Shown here: positions 38,528-48,520 of the stretch, piece by piece
Layout: each line of letters opens with the position of its first letter
Numbering within the stretch: the first letter of the stretch is position 1
The notes under the pieces: model-generated
What the model was told of the DNA's origin: nothing
The model's database searches: none
The model's input: only the letters and a program-made list of their open reading frames with translations
Position numbers and translations under genes: made by a program
Assembly: GCA_016180955.1 (NCBI GenBank)
Contig: JACPAD010000001.1
Location: forward strand, 75,516 to 139,515
Reading direction: 5' to 3'
DNA from: Candidatus Zambryskiibacteriota bacterium
GTDB taxonomy: Bacteria; Patescibacteriota; Minisyncoccia; Phycocordibacterales; Zambryskibacteraceae
Length of the DNA stretch: 64,000 nucleotides

Positions 38528-38599
38528 GCTGCCGGGGAACGACTCGAACGTTCATACTCGCCTCCAAAGGGCGATGTCCTACCATTAGACGACCCGGCA
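38528..38599 (-). tRNA. tRNA-Gln (anticodon UUG)
   Basis: Reverse complement folds as TGCCGGG / D-arm GTCTAATGGTAGGAC / anticodon stem TCGCC, loop CTTTGGA / T-arm GAACG-TTCGAGT-CGTTC / CCCGGCA, with U1-A72. Confidence 0.75.
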
Positions 38600-38738
38600 A
38601 TAAAGCACAATTTACCAGAAAAACCGTCAATTTTCTAGGATTTTAAAAACGAGGACCTAGATTGCTCGCAGAATACAAAACATACAGAACAAAAGCTATA
38701 AGCAGAAAAATAAATATCGTTTTTATCATATTTTTTTA

Positions 38739-41198
38739 TTATAACTTACTTTTAACCCACAACCACAACCCTAAGAACACAGACTTAAATTTCTGTCCGA
38801 AAGATTTGTAGACGATAGCAGTATTTTCGAATTGAACAGGTTCTAGGGACTTGGTGCCAGGTTCTAGCTTTTTTGATATAGAGGAGGCAGAGGTATTAAC
38901 GGGGTTAAGTGGGATAAGAGTAAGAGAGGAAGTTGTCTCGATAACATCCGGAGTGCTTGTGGCAGTCTCGATAATCGGCTCGGAAGAAGTTGCGGAAGAT
39001 TTAGAACTTCCGAAGTCAGTTGCACTAGCTGCAACTGTTGCAACTGCTGCGACCTTGCCTGTGGACTCTAGAAGACCTGTGGTTGTGGTGGAGACATTTA
39101 GAACAGATTCATACACTCCGTCGTTTTCATGGTCTAAGATGATTTGGGTAGGTGTATTGGAATTTACAGTAAACTGAGTTTGTGTTGTAGCGGTCAAAGT
39201 AATGCCAGTAAAGAGAGTGGTAGTGGCTACTTCTCCGCTGACGAGTTCCTGGATGCGGACATCAAATGTTCCTTCTGCTGTGGCATTACCTTTGATTATG
39301 TATTCAACACCGTTCGGCAGGAAGGCAAACTTATTGTCATCTATCACCTCAAAAGTCACTCCGGTAATTTCATTCTCAATATCACCATTAGAGTCTGGTC
39401 CGGTATGGTTGTCGGAGCTATCGTAAATATGAAGTTCAATCGGGCTATGAAAGCTCACTATCCTGCCGTCTGGGATATTGCAGCCGCTAGATGTGGTGGA
39501 GAGGTTGGAGTAAAGCGAGATATCGGGGGTAGTAGTAGATAGTAAGCTGGTAATTAATTCTTTGACGCCGGAGGTACTCGGCATGAGGGCGTGTTTGGCA
39601 GACTTTACATAATAAGTACCGGTGGCGGGCATAGCTTCAGCACTCTTGAGAGGTACGGTGCCATCGCCGTTAATCATCTTGATGTTGTAGATATAGTGGT
39701 CATCGGTGTTGTCGAGAATATAGAATTGTCCAATAGTCGGCGTACCACAGCCGACGATATTGTAAGTTTCCACTCCGTAAGTGGCTGGGTCTAGATTATC
39801 TATCTCTTGGTGGAACTCATTGGCTCTGTCTACTAAAGCGCTGTTTCTGCCCGCGCTTTTCATGTAAGTACTGGTCTGATCGAAAGTAAGGCGATCACTG
39901 CCGCTTACAGCGTCAAAGACATAATATTTATAATCATTATCTGAATCATTAAAATATTCTCGGCTCGGTAACAATTGATAAACAGCCGGCATATTTTGTG
40001 AAATTATTTTGACTCTCTCACTATTTAAACCTAATAGACTGAAGAAGAAAGTTGCATCCAAACTATCTCCATAATTTAAAATTTTGAATGCTTTTGGAGC
40101 CCCAGTATGTGGGGTTCCAATATCAATAAATTTATCTACGGAATCACCGCCATTATCATGCAAATACTTTTTAACCACTAAACCACCCATACTATGAGCT
40201 ACTAAATCGACTTTTGTTACTCCTCTTTCAGCTTTTATTCCGTCTATTTTTTCTTTCAATTTTTCTGCCGTGATGTCTATATCAAGACGCCAATCATAAG
40301 GAAAGGTAAAAAGATCCTTTCCTTTTTGATAATTCTCGAGTTTAATCAACTCAATCAGTCCTGAGAAAAAATCTGAGTCACCTATCACATCTATTAAATC
40401 TCCAACTTGTATATCAGATGTAGAAGTAACACCATTATCTCCAAGAATAAGGTCATTCAAGTGCAAATCAAATGGAAATAAAAGAAGAGGACCAGCTGGC
40501 CATATCTCACTACTTATTGAATCAACCAACTTAATTAATTTACTCCCTATTATCCCCGGCACGATGATAACAGGAGTGGTAGTTGCTGGAGATGAGAGTG
40601 CGGGAGCGGAGTAAATATTGAGCGGCGTAAAGGCCATGGAAGAGCTATTGACAGAATCTTGTATAGGGTTGAGATTGGCCAAAGCTGCCCAGTCAGTGTT
40701 GCTTAAATTATGTCCAGTGAAGTTGTAAGGGTTTACATGCTCGTTATATATTTCTGTCTCTCCGTCTCGTTTGACCACAACAGTGTAACCGGTAGCATCG
40801 AATTGAATGTCGTATAAATACCAGCCGGTTATATGGTCCGGGTTGTGGCTAGCTTGCGCTAATAAGTACACGTCTTTACTTAATTTTATCTCCGGTGTTG
40901 TGGTTGCTGTCGGGTCGGTGCCAGTGATATATAGACGCGGCGGATAGGAAGCGAAGCAGCAGAAAGCTCCATGAGCAAGATGCGTATATGTAAAGGTTAT
41001 GTGCAGATAATTATTGACGTAATTTGTCGTATAACTCTCTAGGCCGTTGTAGGTAGAAGTAGCCGTAATAGTGATACTGTCTCCGAAAAGCACTTGGGAT
41101 TTTTCATCAACTGTGTATGGATTGGTTATGGTGGCTGAAGCTGTAGTAAATAGTAAAAAGTAGAAAGCAAGTAGGAAGATGGAAAAGAACTTTTTCAT
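38739..41198 (-). CDS. Secreted lipase/esterase (alpha/beta hydrolase, lipase class-2/PGAP1-like) with Thr-rich C-terminal region
   Basis: Signal peptide MKKFFSIFLLAFYFLLFTTASA. Nucleophile elbow VAHSMGG. Confidence 0.55.
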   Translation of the reverse strand: MKKFFSIFLLAFYFLLFTTASATITNPYTVDEKSQVLFGDSITITATSTYNGLESYTTNYVNNYLHITFTYTHLAHGAFCCFASYPPRLYITGTDPTATTTPEIKLSKDVYLLAQASHNPDHITGWYLYDIQFDATGYTVVVKRDGETEIYNEHVNPYNFTGHNLSNTDWAALANLNPIQDSVNSSSMAFTPLNIYSAPALSSPATTTPVIIVPGIIGSKLIKLVDSISSEIWPAGPLLLFPFDLHLNDLILGDNGVTSTSDIQVGDLIDVIGDSDFFSGLIELIKLENYQKGKDLFTFPYDWRLDIDITAEKLKEKIDGIKAERGVTKVDLVAHSMGGLVVKKYLHDNGGDSVDKFIDIGTPHTGAPKAFKILNYGDSLDATFFFSLLGLNSERVKIISQNMPAVYQLLPSREYFNDSDNDYKYYVFDAVSGSDRLTFDQTSTYMKSAGRNSALVDRANEFHQEIDNLDPATYGVETYNIVGCGTPTIGQFYILDNTDDHYIYNIKMINGDGTVPLKSAEAMPATGTYYVKSAKHALMPSTSGVKELITSLLSTTTPDISLYSNLSTTSSGCNIPDGRIVSFHSPIELHIYDSSDNHTGPDSNGDIENEITGVTFEVIDDNKFAFLPNGVEYIIKGNATAEGTFDVRIQELVSGEVATTTLFTGITLTATTQTQFTVNSNTPTQIILDHENDGVYESVLNVSTTTTGLLESTGKVAAVATVAASATDFGSSKSSATSSEPIIETATSTPDVIETTSSLTLIPLNPVNTSASSISKKLEPGTKSLEPVQFENTAIVYKSFGQKFKSVFLGLWLWVKSKL

Positions 41199-42340
41199 TT
41201 TCCGGTACTGAGGGGGTCTGCCAGGGCGAGTTCGAGAGCGAGTTCGGGAATGCTGGTGCGGCCGGATGATTCATAAGCTTCGATGAAGCGTAAGAGTGTT
41301 TCGGCGGTGAGGTCCGGACCGGCTTTGCCGGCAAGATTTTTGAGAAATTGAAAATCGTCTTCGGAGACTTGTTTGGCAATATAATCATCCATTCCTGCTT
41401 TGAGACGCAGGAGGAAAAGGAAGCGCAAGCGCTCAAGTATCAGCTTGGCAAAGAGCTTCATGTCGGCATTGGCCTTCCCCGCTCTTTGAATAGCTTTCAT
41501 CCCTTTCTCCAAATCTTTCTCTACAATTGATTCCAGAATATTTTTGACCAATTCCGATTTCGGTGCGCCTGTTACCACTTCGACTTCCTCCCTAGTGACG
41601 GTCTTGTCTTTCGTCGAACTCAACACCTTCTCCAAAACACCATGCACGTCGCGGAAGGAACCGTCGCCGAGGAGAGCCACGAGTTCGGCGGCGGCTGGCT
41701 CAAGCTTGGCATCTTCTTGCTTGGCTATCGAGAGCGCAAACTCCTTGAGAAGCACTAAATTAGGCTGTTTAAAAGTAAAAGTCTGACAGCGGGAGATGAC
41801 TGTTTCCGGGACTTTCTCTATCTCGGTTGTGGCTAATATAAAGACGACATAAGAAGGCGGTTCTTCAAGAGTTTTGAGAAAAGCATTCCAAGCTTGTTTA
41901 GAGAGCATGTGGGCCTCATCAATGATATACACCTTGAAGCGCGATTCGTAAGGCAGAGTGTAGACGCTCTCGTTTAAGTTACGGATGTCATCTACGCCGG
42001 TCTGCGAGGCGGCATCCATTTCGACGAGGTCGTTGGGCGAGGTGCCGATGGCTCTGGCAAGAATTCTAGCCAGAGAGGTCTTGCCCGTGCCGCGCGAGCC
42101 GGAGAAAAGATAGGCGTGGGAGACATTGCCGAACGAGACCGCGCCCTCAAGCACTTTGACAATATGCTCCTGACCAATGACATCCTTAAATTCCTGCGGA
42201 CGATATTTTCTGTAGAGCACGCCGGCACTTTTTTCTTTCTTCATGATGTAAAGTATATCTTGCCTACTTGAATTTGTCTGATTACAGCAAGTTCGGCGTT
42301 CGGAGAGAGAAAGGGAGCAAGCTCCTTTTCTCCTCCTCAC
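41195..42340 (-). CDS. dnaX: DNA polymerase III subunit gamma/tau (short form); probable true start at 42244 (MKKEKS...)
   Basis: AAA+ Walker A GSRGTGKTS, Walker B YIIDEAH, sensor SRCQ. Confidence 0.85.
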   Translation of the reverse strand: MRRRKGACSLSLSERRTCCNQTNSSRQDILYIMKKEKSAGVLYRKYRPQEFKDVIGQEHIVKVLEGAVSFGNVSHAYLFSGSRGTGKTSLARILARAIGTSPNDLVEMDAASQTGVDDIRNLNESVYTLPYESRFKVYIIDEAHMLSKQAWNAFLKTLEEPPSYVVFILATTEIEKVPETVISRCQTFTFKQPNLVLLKEFALSIAKQEDAKLEPAAAELVALLGDGSFRDVHGVLEKVLSSTKDKTVTREEVEVVTGAPKSELVKNILESIVEKDLEKGMKAIQRAGKANADMKLFAKLILERLRFLFLLRLKAGMDDYIAKQVSEDDFQFLKNLAGKAGPDLTAETLLRFIEAYESSGRTSIPELALELALADPLSTGK

Positions 42341-43221
42341 TTGAACTTGTAGAATATTTTGTTTTCCGTTCTCAAATCCAGTTCGGAAATTTTCTTAAGA
42401 AAATCAGGCTGACTCCTTATCTCTTCCGCATTGAGAAACACTTCGAGATTGGAGCGGATGAGGTCGAAGTTGCTGTCACGCCGCCACAAGAGCCGTGCTC
42501 CGCTAGAGTCGGTGAGAATAAGGTCTCTCTCCCCCACCTTAAGAGAAATTGGCTCAAATCCCAAAGCATGCAGAGTCGTTAGAAACCCGTGGAGCTCCCA
42601 GAACTCGTCACGCTCCACAAACTCACGTCCTAAAGGAGACTCGAACGGCACTTCGCTGTAATAGATGAAATAAACTCCTTCGGAAAAAGTGGGCGCGGAG
42701 TCGAAGATAAATCCAGTCTCGTCCAGAAAATAACAATTGCTCCGACGTGAGTCGGAGTCCTCGATTTGATAAATCAAATCGGGACAATAAAGCGCCAAGG
42801 GCTCCCGCTCGGCAACAACCGCTTCAAGCGTACGCAAACCCTCGAGAGAAATTTCCGCCAGATTGAAGCGCGGGAATCTGCGAAGAAGCTCCCGCTCTAT
42901 CTCCCGGCTTGAATAAAAGAGAGTGCTATCCTTCGGAATAAGCCCGAAATAGTAGCCGGAAAGAGACTCTTTGACAACCGCCGTCACATTTGAAGAAGTC
43001 ACTACTTCGTTGCCGACAACCTTTACTTCGGCAATGCGAAGCGCATCCCGGCGCAAGAGAAGGACAGCCGTGGCAAGAACAATTATAAGAGCTGTTCCCC
43101 ACAAGAAGAGCCGTTTGCGCCGAGCCCGAAGTTTTTTCCGATGAAATTCCGGCGACGACAAAGTCGAACCAGTAGAAACTATCTTGACCATGTTACTTAG
43201 CTTTGATCTCGGAGAGACCAT
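42337..43221 (-). CDS. ftsQ: Cell-division protein FtsQ/DivIB-like (TM + POTRA)
   Basis: N-terminal TM helix. POTRA-like IAEVKVVGNEVVTSSNV. Confidence 0.5.
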   Translation of the reverse strand: MVSPRSKLSNMVKIVSTGSTLSSPEFHRKKLRARRKRLFLWGTALIIVLATAVLLLRRDALRIAEVKVVGNEVVTSSNVTAVVKESLSGYYFGLIPKDSTLFYSSREIERELLRRFPRFNLAEISLEGLRTLEAVVAEREPLALYCPDLIYQIEDSDSRRSNCYFLDETGFIFDSAPTFSEGVYFIYYSEVPFESPLGREFVERDEFWELHGFLTTLHALGFEPISLKVGERDLILTDSSGARLLWRRDSNFDLIRSNLEVFLNAEEIRSQPDFLKKISELDLRTENKIFYKFK

Positions 43222-44545
43222 TCATATAGGGGATGAGCGCCTCAGGAATTTTGACGGAGCCGTCCGCTTGCTGGAAATTTTCCATAAGAGAAACGAGAAT
43301 GCGCGGCGTAGCTATGGCTGTAGCATTTAGAGAATGTGCATATTGAGTCTTGCCTAGAGCATCTTTATAGCGGATATTCAGGCGGCGAGTCTGGAAGTCG
43401 TGGAAATAAGAAGTAGAACCAATCTCGCGGTAAGTGTTCTCGAGCGGCACCCAGAGTTCGATGTCGTATTTCTTGACCTGACCGAGCCCAAGATCAGAAC
43501 CGCAGTTGATAACGGTATGATACGGAATATTTAACGACTCTACAAACTCTTCCGTATTGCGGTGAAGCCACTCATGCCATTTAACCGATTCTTCGTGGCT
43601 TGCCTCGCAAAGCACCACTTGTTCGACCTTGAAAAATTCATGCACTCGTATCAAACCTTTTACATCTTTAGAGTAGCTGCCGATTTCTCTGCGGAAACAC
43701 GGGGAGAAAGCGACATACTTTTTCGGCAACTTTTCTTTAGCAATAACTTCGTTCATGTGATACCCCATCATTGCCACCTCCGCCGTGCCTGCCAAGTACT
43801 TATCATCCTGGACTTTATATAAATCGTCTTCGCTTTGCGGCAAAAATCCGGTACCTAAAAGAGACTCTCGCTTGACCATCGATGGAGCAATAAAGGGCTC
43901 TAGACCCTTTTCCATAAAAAATTTTTGGGCATATTGCCAAATTGCCATTTCAAGCATCGCTCCTTGATTCTTGAGAAAGTACCCTCGAAATCCAGCGACT
44001 TTTACCCCGCGCTCGAAATCAGCTATGTCGAGCAGAGTCATGATTTCTATATGAGACTTAGGTTGGAAACTGAACTCAGGCAAGGTTCCCCACTTTTTGA
44101 CTTCTTTGTTATCTGCGTCACTTTCTCCTTCGGGAACAGAGATATCGGGAATATTGGGTACAGCAAGCATTAGAATCTGCCATTCAACCATAACTTTCTT
44201 ATGCTCGTCTTCGAGCGTCACGAGCTCCTGTTTGAGAAATTTCATTCTCTCGAGAATATTTGACCTCTCCGGACCTACGGCTTTAATAATTTCTTTATTG
44301 GCTCCATTCTGCTCCGCGCGTTTTTCCTCGATTTTGGAGAGTAGCTCTCGGCGCTTGTCATCTGCCTTGAGAAGTTTTTCGACATCGAACTCTACACGCT
44401 TTTTGCGCGCCGCTTCTTTTACCAGCTCCTTGTTCTCTCTGATAAATTTTATGTCGAGCATGATGTTACAATAATATACAATGATTCGCGCCCTCTCGCC
44501 AGATGAGTATCCCGAGCTTCTCAAGGAAATTCCGGAGCCACCCAA
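43193..44545 (-). CDS. serS: Seryl-tRNA synthetase; start probably the internal MLDIKFIRE
   Basis: N-terminal coiled-coil arm plus class-II catalytic core (FRRE..., GSALA-like motifs). Confidence 0.9.
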   Translation of the reverse strand: MGGSGISLRSSGYSSGERARIIVYYCNIMLDIKFIRENKELVKEAARKKRVEFDVEKLLKADDKRRELLSKIEEKRAEQNGANKEIIKAVGPERSNILERMKFLKQELVTLEDEHKKVMVEWQILMLAVPNIPDISVPEGESDADNKEVKKWGTLPEFSFQPKSHIEIMTLLDIADFERGVKVAGFRGYFLKNQGAMLEMAIWQYAQKFFMEKGLEPFIAPSMVKRESLLGTGFLPQSEDDLYKVQDDKYLAGTAEVAMMGYHMNEVIAKEKLPKKYVAFSPCFRREIGSYSKDVKGLIRVHEFFKVEQVVLCEASHEESVKWHEWLHRNTEEFVESLNIPYHTVINCGSDLGLGQVKKYDIELWVPLENTYREIGSTSYFHDFQTRRLNIRYKDALGKTQYAHSLNATAIATPRILVSLMENFQQADGSVKIPEALIPYMNGLSEIKAK

Positions 44546-45338
44546 GCAGCTTCGTTATGAAGGCAGTTTGCCACGCGAGGGCAATAAGCTCTTAGCCGTA
44601 GTCGGATCAAGAAAGTATTCTGCGTATGCCAGAGAAGCTTGCGAGGCACTTATTGGCGGTTTAGCCGGCGAGCCGGTCACTATCGTATCTGGGTTGGCTC
44701 TCGGTATAGATTCGATAGCGCACAGAGCAGCCATGCGCGTAGGGCTTCAGACTATCGCTCTGCCTGGCTCTGGTCTGGACAGGAAAGTGATTCATCCCCG
44801 TTCTCACGCGGGACTGGCAGATGAAATAGTAGAGAACGGCGGCGGACTAATGTCTGAATATGATGACACCATGCCGGCCGGCGTCTGGGCCTTCCCCCGC
44901 CGGAATCGCATCATGGCCGGGATGTGCCACGCCACGCTTGTGATAGAAGCGGAGAAGAGATCGGGAACTCTCATTACTTCGCGACTTGCTACGGAGTATA
45001 ATCGCGAGGTCGGAGCTGTTCCCGGCCCGCTTCACTCCTCTACTTCTGAAGGGCCGCATATGCTGATACGGCTCGGAGCAGCACTCATCCGCGACCATAA
45101 CGATCTTTTAGAACTTCTAGGACTGAAAAGAAGAGATGAAACACCAACACTTATGGATATCGAGGATCTGACAAACGAAGAGAAAATTTTTATAAAAATT
45201 CTTGATAATCCGTGCTCCCGCGACAAATTGATCAGAAAAAGTAAATTGGACACAGGTACGGCCTCTGCGATATTATCACTTCTCGAAATCAAGGGATTGA
45301 TAACGGAAAATATGGGGGAGGTGCGAAAAACATTTTGA
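44481..45338 (+). CDS. dprA: DNA processing protein DprA/Smf
   Basis: VVGSRKYSAYAREACEALIGGLA...VSGLALGIDSIAHRAA is the Rossmann-like DprA core. C-terminal wHTH. Confidence 0.8.
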   Translation: MIRALSPDEYPELLKEIPEPPKQLRYEGSLPREGNKLLAVVGSRKYSAYAREACEALIGGLAGEPVTIVSGLALGIDSIAHRAAMRVGLQTIALPGSGLDRKVIHPRSHAGLADEIVENGGGLMSEYDDTMPAGVWAFPRRNRIMAGMCHATLVIEAEKRSGTLITSRLATEYNREVGAVPGPLHSSTSEGPHMLIRLGAALIRDHNDLLELLGLKRRDETPTLMDIEDLTNEEKIFIKILDNPCSRDKLIRKSKLDTGTASAILSLLEIKGLITENMGEVRKTF

Positions 45339-45339
45339 A

Positions 45340-47496
45340 ATGAAGCTATTAATTGTAGAGAGTCCATCGAAGGCAAAGACGATTGAGAAATATCTCGGAG
45401 AGGATTTCCGCGTGGTTGCTTCTGTCGGCCATGTGCGTGATCTGCCTAAATCCAACAAAGCGGCAATTGACGTGGAAGGCGGCTTCATCCCTCACTACGA
45501 AGTGGTTAAGGGTAAAGAGAGGGTGATTTCTCAAATCAAATCTCTGGCTAAGAAAGCCGAGGAAGTACTCCTTGCCACCGACCCAGACCGCGAAGGAGAG
45601 GCAATTGCTTGGCACGTAGAACAAGCTGTCGGCTTAAAAGACCCGAAGCGCATAGTTTTCCACGAGATTACAAAAGAAGCGGTTGAGGAAGCGTTGGAAA
45701 GCCCGCGTAAGATTGACCAAAGTTTGCGCGAGGCGCAGGAGGCTAGACGAGTCTTAGACAGACTCGTCGGCTACGATCTCTCGGGACTCATCTGGAAAAA
45801 GGTCCGCTACGGACTCTCGGCCGGCCGAGTCCAATCTCCAGCGCTCCGTATCATCATGGAGCGCGAGCGTGAGATCCGCGCTTTCAAACCAGAAACTTTC
45901 TGGCAAATTGTTGCAGTTTTAAACGATCTTAATTTTGAATGTTCTGTCGAACCTAGAGACAAAAAGCAGGTTGATCAAATAATAGAAGAGGGTAAGAAAG
46001 ATAAATGGAAAGTCATAGATATAAAAGAGGCTAAGGTTGGCCGAGCTCCCCGGCCTCCGTTTATAACCTCAACTCTCCAGCAAAGAGCAAGCTCGAGACT
46101 CGGCTGGTCGCCTTCCCGCACTATGTCTGTTGCCCAAAGGCTTTATGAAGCGGGGCATATTACCTATATGCGCACCGATTCGACCAATCTCGGAGTTCAA
46201 GCGACGAGACAAATCGAAGCCGTAGTGAAAGAGAAATTCGGCCCTGACTATTTTGAATCCCATGTGTTTGCCAAAAAGTCTAAGAATGCGCAGGAAGCGC
46301 ATGAGGCTATTCGCCCAACGCATTTAAATATCGAGAGTGCTGGCGCAATGGACGAGCAAAAAAAACTCTATCAGCTCATCTGGCAACGCACGGTCGCAAG
46401 CCAGATGAAATCGGCAGAAATAATGCGTACCAAAGTGATAGCCAACATTGTTCAAAGCTCGGCTTTGAACATGCCTGACTTTTGGTTGAATGGGTCAAGA
46501 ATCATCTTTGACGGCTGGCTCAAAGCCGATCCGGCTTCTGCGAGCGAAGATGTCATCTTGCCGAAGTTTAATATTGACGATCCGCTGAAATTAATCAAAA
46601 TTGATTCGACTGAAAAACAAACCGAACCGCCTCTACGGTATTCTGAAGCCGGTCTCGTCAAAGAGCTCGAGAAACGCGGCATTGGCAGACCTTCCACTTA
46701 CGCTTCCATTATCAAAACGCTGGAAGACCGCGGTTATGTGGAGAAAATTTCTAAGGCCCTCCATCCTACCGACACCGGCGAAGTGGTCTCGACTTTTCTT
46801 GAAGAAAATTTCTCCACTTACATCAGCGACTCGTTTACCGCGGAGATGGAAGATGAGCTGGACGAAATTGCCAACGGAGAGCGCACTTATCTCAAAACTC
46901 TTTCTGACTTCTACACTCCATTCCAAAAAGAAGTAGAGAGTAAAGAAAATATCGAGAAGATTACAAATTTAGGTTCTGCTCCAGTCGATATCAAATGCCC
47001 TATTTGCGGATCAGGAATGATTATCAAATTGGGCCGTGGCGGCAAATTCTACTCTTGCGAAAAATTTCCGGAGTGCACAGGTGCACGAACACTTGAAGGC
47101 AAGGAACTGGCCGGGCCGAAAGATACGGGCGAGCTCTGCCCGCGCTGCGGCAAAGGTAATCTAGTGACGCGTGAAGGTAAGTTTGGCATGTTTACCGCCT
47201 GCTCGCGTTTCCCGAAATGCAAATTTGTAAAAAAAGACCCCGAAGGACAAGCCAACGGGGCAGGTTCGACTGGTATACAGTGTCCAGTTTGCAAATCTGG
47301 ATATATGTCCGAGCGTCGTGGCCGCTTCGGAGTATTTTATAGTTGTTCTAATTATCCTGATTGTAAATACGCGATCAAAGCCAAACCAACTGGTGAGATT
47401 TGCAAAATCTGCGGCTCACTTATGATGGAAGGTACTAAAACAATACCAGAACGTTGCAGTGACAAATCGTGTCCTAACCACAACCCACCCAGCTAA
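45340..47496 (+). CDS. topA: DNA topoisomerase I with four C-terminal zinc ribbons
   Basis: TOPRIM domain MKLLIVESPSKAKTIEKYLG. Catalytic-Tyr region. CPICG/CPRCG/CPVCKSG zinc-ribbon repeats. Confidence 0.9.
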   Translation: MKLLIVESPSKAKTIEKYLGEDFRVVASVGHVRDLPKSNKAAIDVEGGFIPHYEVVKGKERVISQIKSLAKKAEEVLLATDPDREGEAIAWHVEQAVGLKDPKRIVFHEITKEAVEEALESPRKIDQSLREAQEARRVLDRLVGYDLSGLIWKKVRYGLSAGRVQSPALRIIMEREREIRAFKPETFWQIVAVLNDLNFECSVEPRDKKQVDQIIEEGKKDKWKVIDIKEAKVGRAPRPPFITSTLQQRASSRLGWSPSRTMSVAQRLYEAGHITYMRTDSTNLGVQATRQIEAVVKEKFGPDYFESHVFAKKSKNAQEAHEAIRPTHLNIESAGAMDEQKKLYQLIWQRTVASQMKSAEIMRTKVIANIVQSSALNMPDFWLNGSRIIFDGWLKADPASASEDVILPKFNIDDPLKLIKIDSTEKQTEPPLRYSEAGLVKELEKRGIGRPSTYASIIKTLEDRGYVEKISKALHPTDTGEVVSTFLEENFSTYISDSFTAEMEDELDEIANGERTYLKTLSDFYTPFQKEVESKENIEKITNLGSAPVDIKCPICGSGMIIKLGRGGKFYSCEKFPECTGARTLEGKELAGPKDTGELCPRCGKGNLVTREGKFGMFTACSRFPKCKFVKKDPEGQANGAGSTGIQCPVCKSGYMSERRGRFGVFYSCSNYPDCKYAIKAKPTGEICKICGSLMMEGTKTIPERCSDKSCPNHNPPS

Positions 47497-48387
47497 AATT
47501 TTCCCTGCCCCGTGGTCGCCTTGCGACTTTACGGGGTCTTCTTCTATTTGTGGAAGCCGAGCGTCCACGTTTTCAACATCAATTCTTTTTAAGAGAGCGC
47601 GCAAGTCATCTTTGTTAAAGAAATCAATTTTGACCGTACCGCCGTCTTCTTTTTTCTCAATACGCACCCTCGTTCCCAGCTTTTCTTTAAGTTGCCCCTC
47701 AAGTTCAATTAATTCCTGGTCGATCAGTTTACGCGCTCGTTCGACGGCAATGTTTCTGGCAATCCCTTCCGCTTCCCGGACATTGAGCTTTTTGAAAATT
47801 ATTTCTTTGAAAAGAGTTTCCTGTTCCTGCGGCCTGTCGATAAGCATCATTAAGGGGCGCGTGTGACCCTCACTAATTTTATTTTCCGAAAGAGCACTAA
47901 TGATATAATCGGGCAGAGTTAAGATGCGCAAAGAGTTGGAGACATACTCGCGACTCTTACCCACTTTCTTGCCTATCTCGTGGTGTTTGAAATTAAATTC
48001 TCTAACCAAGCGTTCAAAGGCGCGGGCGCGGTCGACAGGGCTTAAGTCCTCGCGCTGAATGTTCTCGATGATGGCGAGTTCGAGCTTCATCAGGTCGGTT
48101 TCCTCGCCGGTGCGAATGAGTGCTGGCACTTGGGCGAGGCCCGCTAGGCGAGCGGCGCGAAGGCGCCGCTCGCCAGCAACGAGCTCGTATTCTACCCCGA
48201 GTCCCCCGCCATCCTTCTCTACCTCTTTCCTCGTCACCACAAGCGCCTGAAGTACGCCGTACTGACGGATAGAATCCGCGAGACTTTTCAGCTGTGCTTC
48301 GTCGAAGTCGCGGCGCGGCTGGTAGGGATTGGGCTTGATTTTGTCAACCTCAATCCAGAAAATAGCGTCATTGTAGAACTGACTCAT
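47416..48387 (-). CDS. parB: Chromosome partitioning protein ParB
   Basis: ParB box GERRLRAARLAG. HTH and C-terminal dimerisation region. The 3' end overlaps topA convergently by 81 nt. Confidence 0.8.
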   Translation of the reverse strand: MSQFYNDAIFWIEVDKIKPNPYQPRRDFDEAQLKSLADSIRQYGVLQALVVTRKEVEKDGGGLGVEYELVAGERRLRAARLAGLAQVPALIRTGEETDLMKLELAIIENIQREDLSPVDRARAFERLVREFNFKHHEIGKKVGKSREYVSNSLRILTLPDYIISALSENKISEGHTRPLMMLIDRPQEQETLFKEIIFKKLNVREAEGIARNIAVERARKLIDQELIELEGQLKEKLGTRVRIEKKEDGGTVKIDFFNKDDLRALLKRIDVENVDARLPQIEEDPVKSQGDHGAGKILAGWVVVRTRFVTATFWYCFSTFHHK

Positions 48388-48433
48388 GAGAATATTATAT
48401 CGGATATTTTTGTGTTATTCTATCGCGTAAGAT

Positions 48434-48515
48434 GCCGGGATGGCGGAATTGGTAGACGCACACGACTCAAAATCGTGCGGAGTAATCCATGAGAGTTCGA
48501 TTCTCTCTCCCGGCA
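48434..48515 (+). tRNA. tRNA-Leu (anticodon CAA), long variable arm
   Basis: GCCGGGA / TGGCGGAATTGGTAGACGC / anticodon stem CACGA, loop CTCAAAA / variable arm / GAGAG-TTCGATT-CTCTC / TCCCGGC-A. Confidence 0.8.
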
Positions 48516-48520
48516 CATAC

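Noticed and set aside
48440-48520. 5' extensions of the miaA and rnr ORFs as given by the ORF track (rnr at 57972-58073)
   Set aside because: The extensions run through tRNA genes (Leu-CAA, and Lys/Leu-UAG). Starts were moved to the first ATG after the tRNAs.
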